The notes under the pieces were generated by a model, which was not told the DNA's origin, ran no database searches, and saw only the letters and a program-made list of their open reading frames with translations. Shown piece after piece: positions 24,335 through 25,614 of a DNA stretch of 25,614 nucleotides (position 1 is its first letter; the number at the start of each line of letters is the position of its first letter). The DNA lies in contig JBEKDF010000039.1 of assembly GCA_050014495.1 (NCBI GenBank), forward strand, positions 1-25,614. Reading direction: 5' to 3'. The DNA comes from Candidatus Bathyarchaeia archaeon (GTDB lineage Archaea > Thermoproteota > Bathyarchaeia > TCS64). The position numbers and the translations under genes are program-made.

Positions 24335-25405
24335 GTGGAAAAATACGCGATCGTTTACCATGAGGGTATAGCTGAGTACGACTTCGGAGAGGAATACTCT
24401 CTAAGGGGAGACCGTTTCCCCCGTTACATCCATCTTCTAGACTCAGAAGGGGTACTAAGTAAACAAGGGATCGATCTATTAACCCCCGAGCCAGCAAGTG
24501 ATAAAGATCTTGGCCTAGTCCACACTTCTGATTATATAAAGAAAGTCAAAGAGATCTCCGAAAAGCATGGCTACTTGTCTGATGACACACCGATCTCACC
24601 CTCCCTTGTAAAGGCAGTTAGGCTAATAGTCGGCGCAGCTCTAACGGCGGGAGATGCGGTAGTAAATAAGGGCTACACAATAGCACAAGGGGTGGGAGGT
24701 GGTCTACACCATGCAGGTAGTGACTACGGGGAAGCATGGTGTGTCTTCAACGACGTTGCCATTTGCGCCCGTGCGCTAACGGAACGACATGGCATGAATC
24801 GAGTCCTAATACTCGATACAGACGCTCACGCTGGGAACGGTACCATGGACATCTTTTACACAGACCCAACGGTTCTTTACCTCACAATACACCAGGACCC
24901 AATGACCCTCTATCCTAATACTGGATTTATCGAGCAGATCGGGGAAAGTAATGGAAAAGGCTACACAATCAACGTTCCCCTCCCTCGGAGAGCTGACGAC
25001 GCGTGCATGGCACTCGTCTTAGAGCACGTCTTCAAACCAATTGTGCGTCAGTTTAAACCCCAGATAATAATCAGAAACGGTGGAGCAGACCCGCACTATC
25101 AAGATGAGTTGGCAGAGCTGGGACTGACATACAAGGGGCTCTGGTCCATAGGCAGGGCCGTTGCTGAAGTGGCTAAGGAGATGAACTGTGGAGTTGTGGA
25201 CTTACTCTGCGGAGGCTACAGCCCAGGCCGCGAAGAAAATGGTCTATATGCCCTCTTCTCAGGTGAGCTTGGACTACCCCTAAACCAGGAGGAAGATAAA
25301 CTTCCTCCGATTTACGACCCCTTCGTCCTCTCAAAGACAAAGGTTGTAATCAATCAACTAAGCGATTTGATTGCAGATTACTGGGAAATCAAAAAAACTG
25401 TATAA
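24335..25405 (+). CDS. Histone deacetylase family protein (AcuC-like Zn-dependent deacetylase)
   Basis: LVHT.DYI, GGGLHHA, CVFNDVA, DTDAHAGNGT, INVPLP, GADPH and GGY. Confidence 0.94.
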   Translation: MEKYAIVYHEGIAEYDFGEEYSLRGDRFPRYIHLLDSEGVLSKQGIDLLTPEPASDKDLGLVHTSDYIKKVKEISEKHGYLSDDTPISPSLVKAVRLIVGAALTAGDAVVNKGYTIAQGVGGGLHHAGSDYGEAWCVFNDVAICARALTERHGMNRVLILDTDAHAGNGTMDIFYTDPTVLYLTIHQDPMTLYPNTGFIEQIGESNGKGYTINVPLPRRADDACMALVLEHVFKPIVRQFKPQIIIRNGGADPHYQDELAELGLTYKGLWSIGRAVAEVAKEMNCGVVDLLCGGYSPGREENGLYALFSGELGLPLNQEEDKLPPIYDPFVLSKTKVVINQLSDLIADYWEIKKTV

Positions 25406-25496
25406 AATTATTCGCATGACTCGCCAAGGCGTGCGCTCCCGTCTATGGGATTCAGCTTCAGGAGTGTTGGTCTACCAAAAAAAGTAAACTAGCTAC

Positions 25497-25614
25497 TCAA
25501 CCGGTTCTAACGCCGAGGGTCACGTTTACGACCATCTCTGTGTCACCCCTAATTATCGTAATGGCGATCATATCACCCGGCCTCTTATTCCTCTTCATAT
25601 ATAGAATGAAGTCG
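25497..25614 (-). CDS. PDZ-domain protein C-terminus (likely HtrA-type serine protease), truncated by window edge
   Basis: The minus strand reads DFILYMKRNKRPGDMIAITIIRGDTEMVVNVTLGVRTG*, a typical PDZ C-terminal pattern (PGD.I.I.I.R......VTLG.R). A T7 run follows at 25477-25483. Confidence 0.7.
   Translation of the reverse strand, partial: DFILYMKRNKRPGDMIAITIIRGDTEMVVNVTLGVRTG

Noticed and set aside
4357..25614. Envelope-stress regulon (DedA, PspC, MscL, GxGD protease, PDZ protein)
   Set aside because: The genes are scattered as separate units and no shared operator was identified.
1..25614. CRISPR array, rRNA or tRNA genes
   Set aside because: No regularly spaced repeats or RNA-gene signatures were seen by eye.

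Overview
Gene-dense archaeal chromosomal window. TATA-type promoters, GGAGG/GGTGA ribosome-binding sites, an AbrB-PhoU regulator, an Sso10a-like winged-helix protein and a presenilin-like protease point to Archaea; Bathyarchaeia is only a guess. No rRNA, tRNA, CRISPR array or transposase was seen. The metabolic genes are a three-gene 2-oxoacid:ferredoxin oxidoreductase operon with oxalate oxidoreductase (OOR) signatures but an Asp->Asn change in the switch loop, a lipoate ligase plus E1a/E1b/E2 dehydrogenase cluster with no E3 that converges on a rubredoxin-FTR/thioredoxin pair, PRTase and dienelactone-hydrolase genes, and an RraA-family aldolase with a D-2-hydroxyacid dehydrogenase. Other genes encode VIT-like and DedA membrane proteins, a bactofilin-like beta-helix protein, a P-type ATPase, PspC, an apparently circularly permuted MscL, a GxGD protease, a degenerate HNH-like Zn finger and an HDAC-family deacetylase. 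The ORF track misses a 28-aa basic peptide gene, the 5' part of an FkbM-like methyltransferase with an apparent ATA start, a probable ACG start or frameshift at the hydrolase, two edge-truncated CDSs and a recurring intergenic CGTGCGCG-like motif. All family comparisons are from recalled motifs, not from searches.
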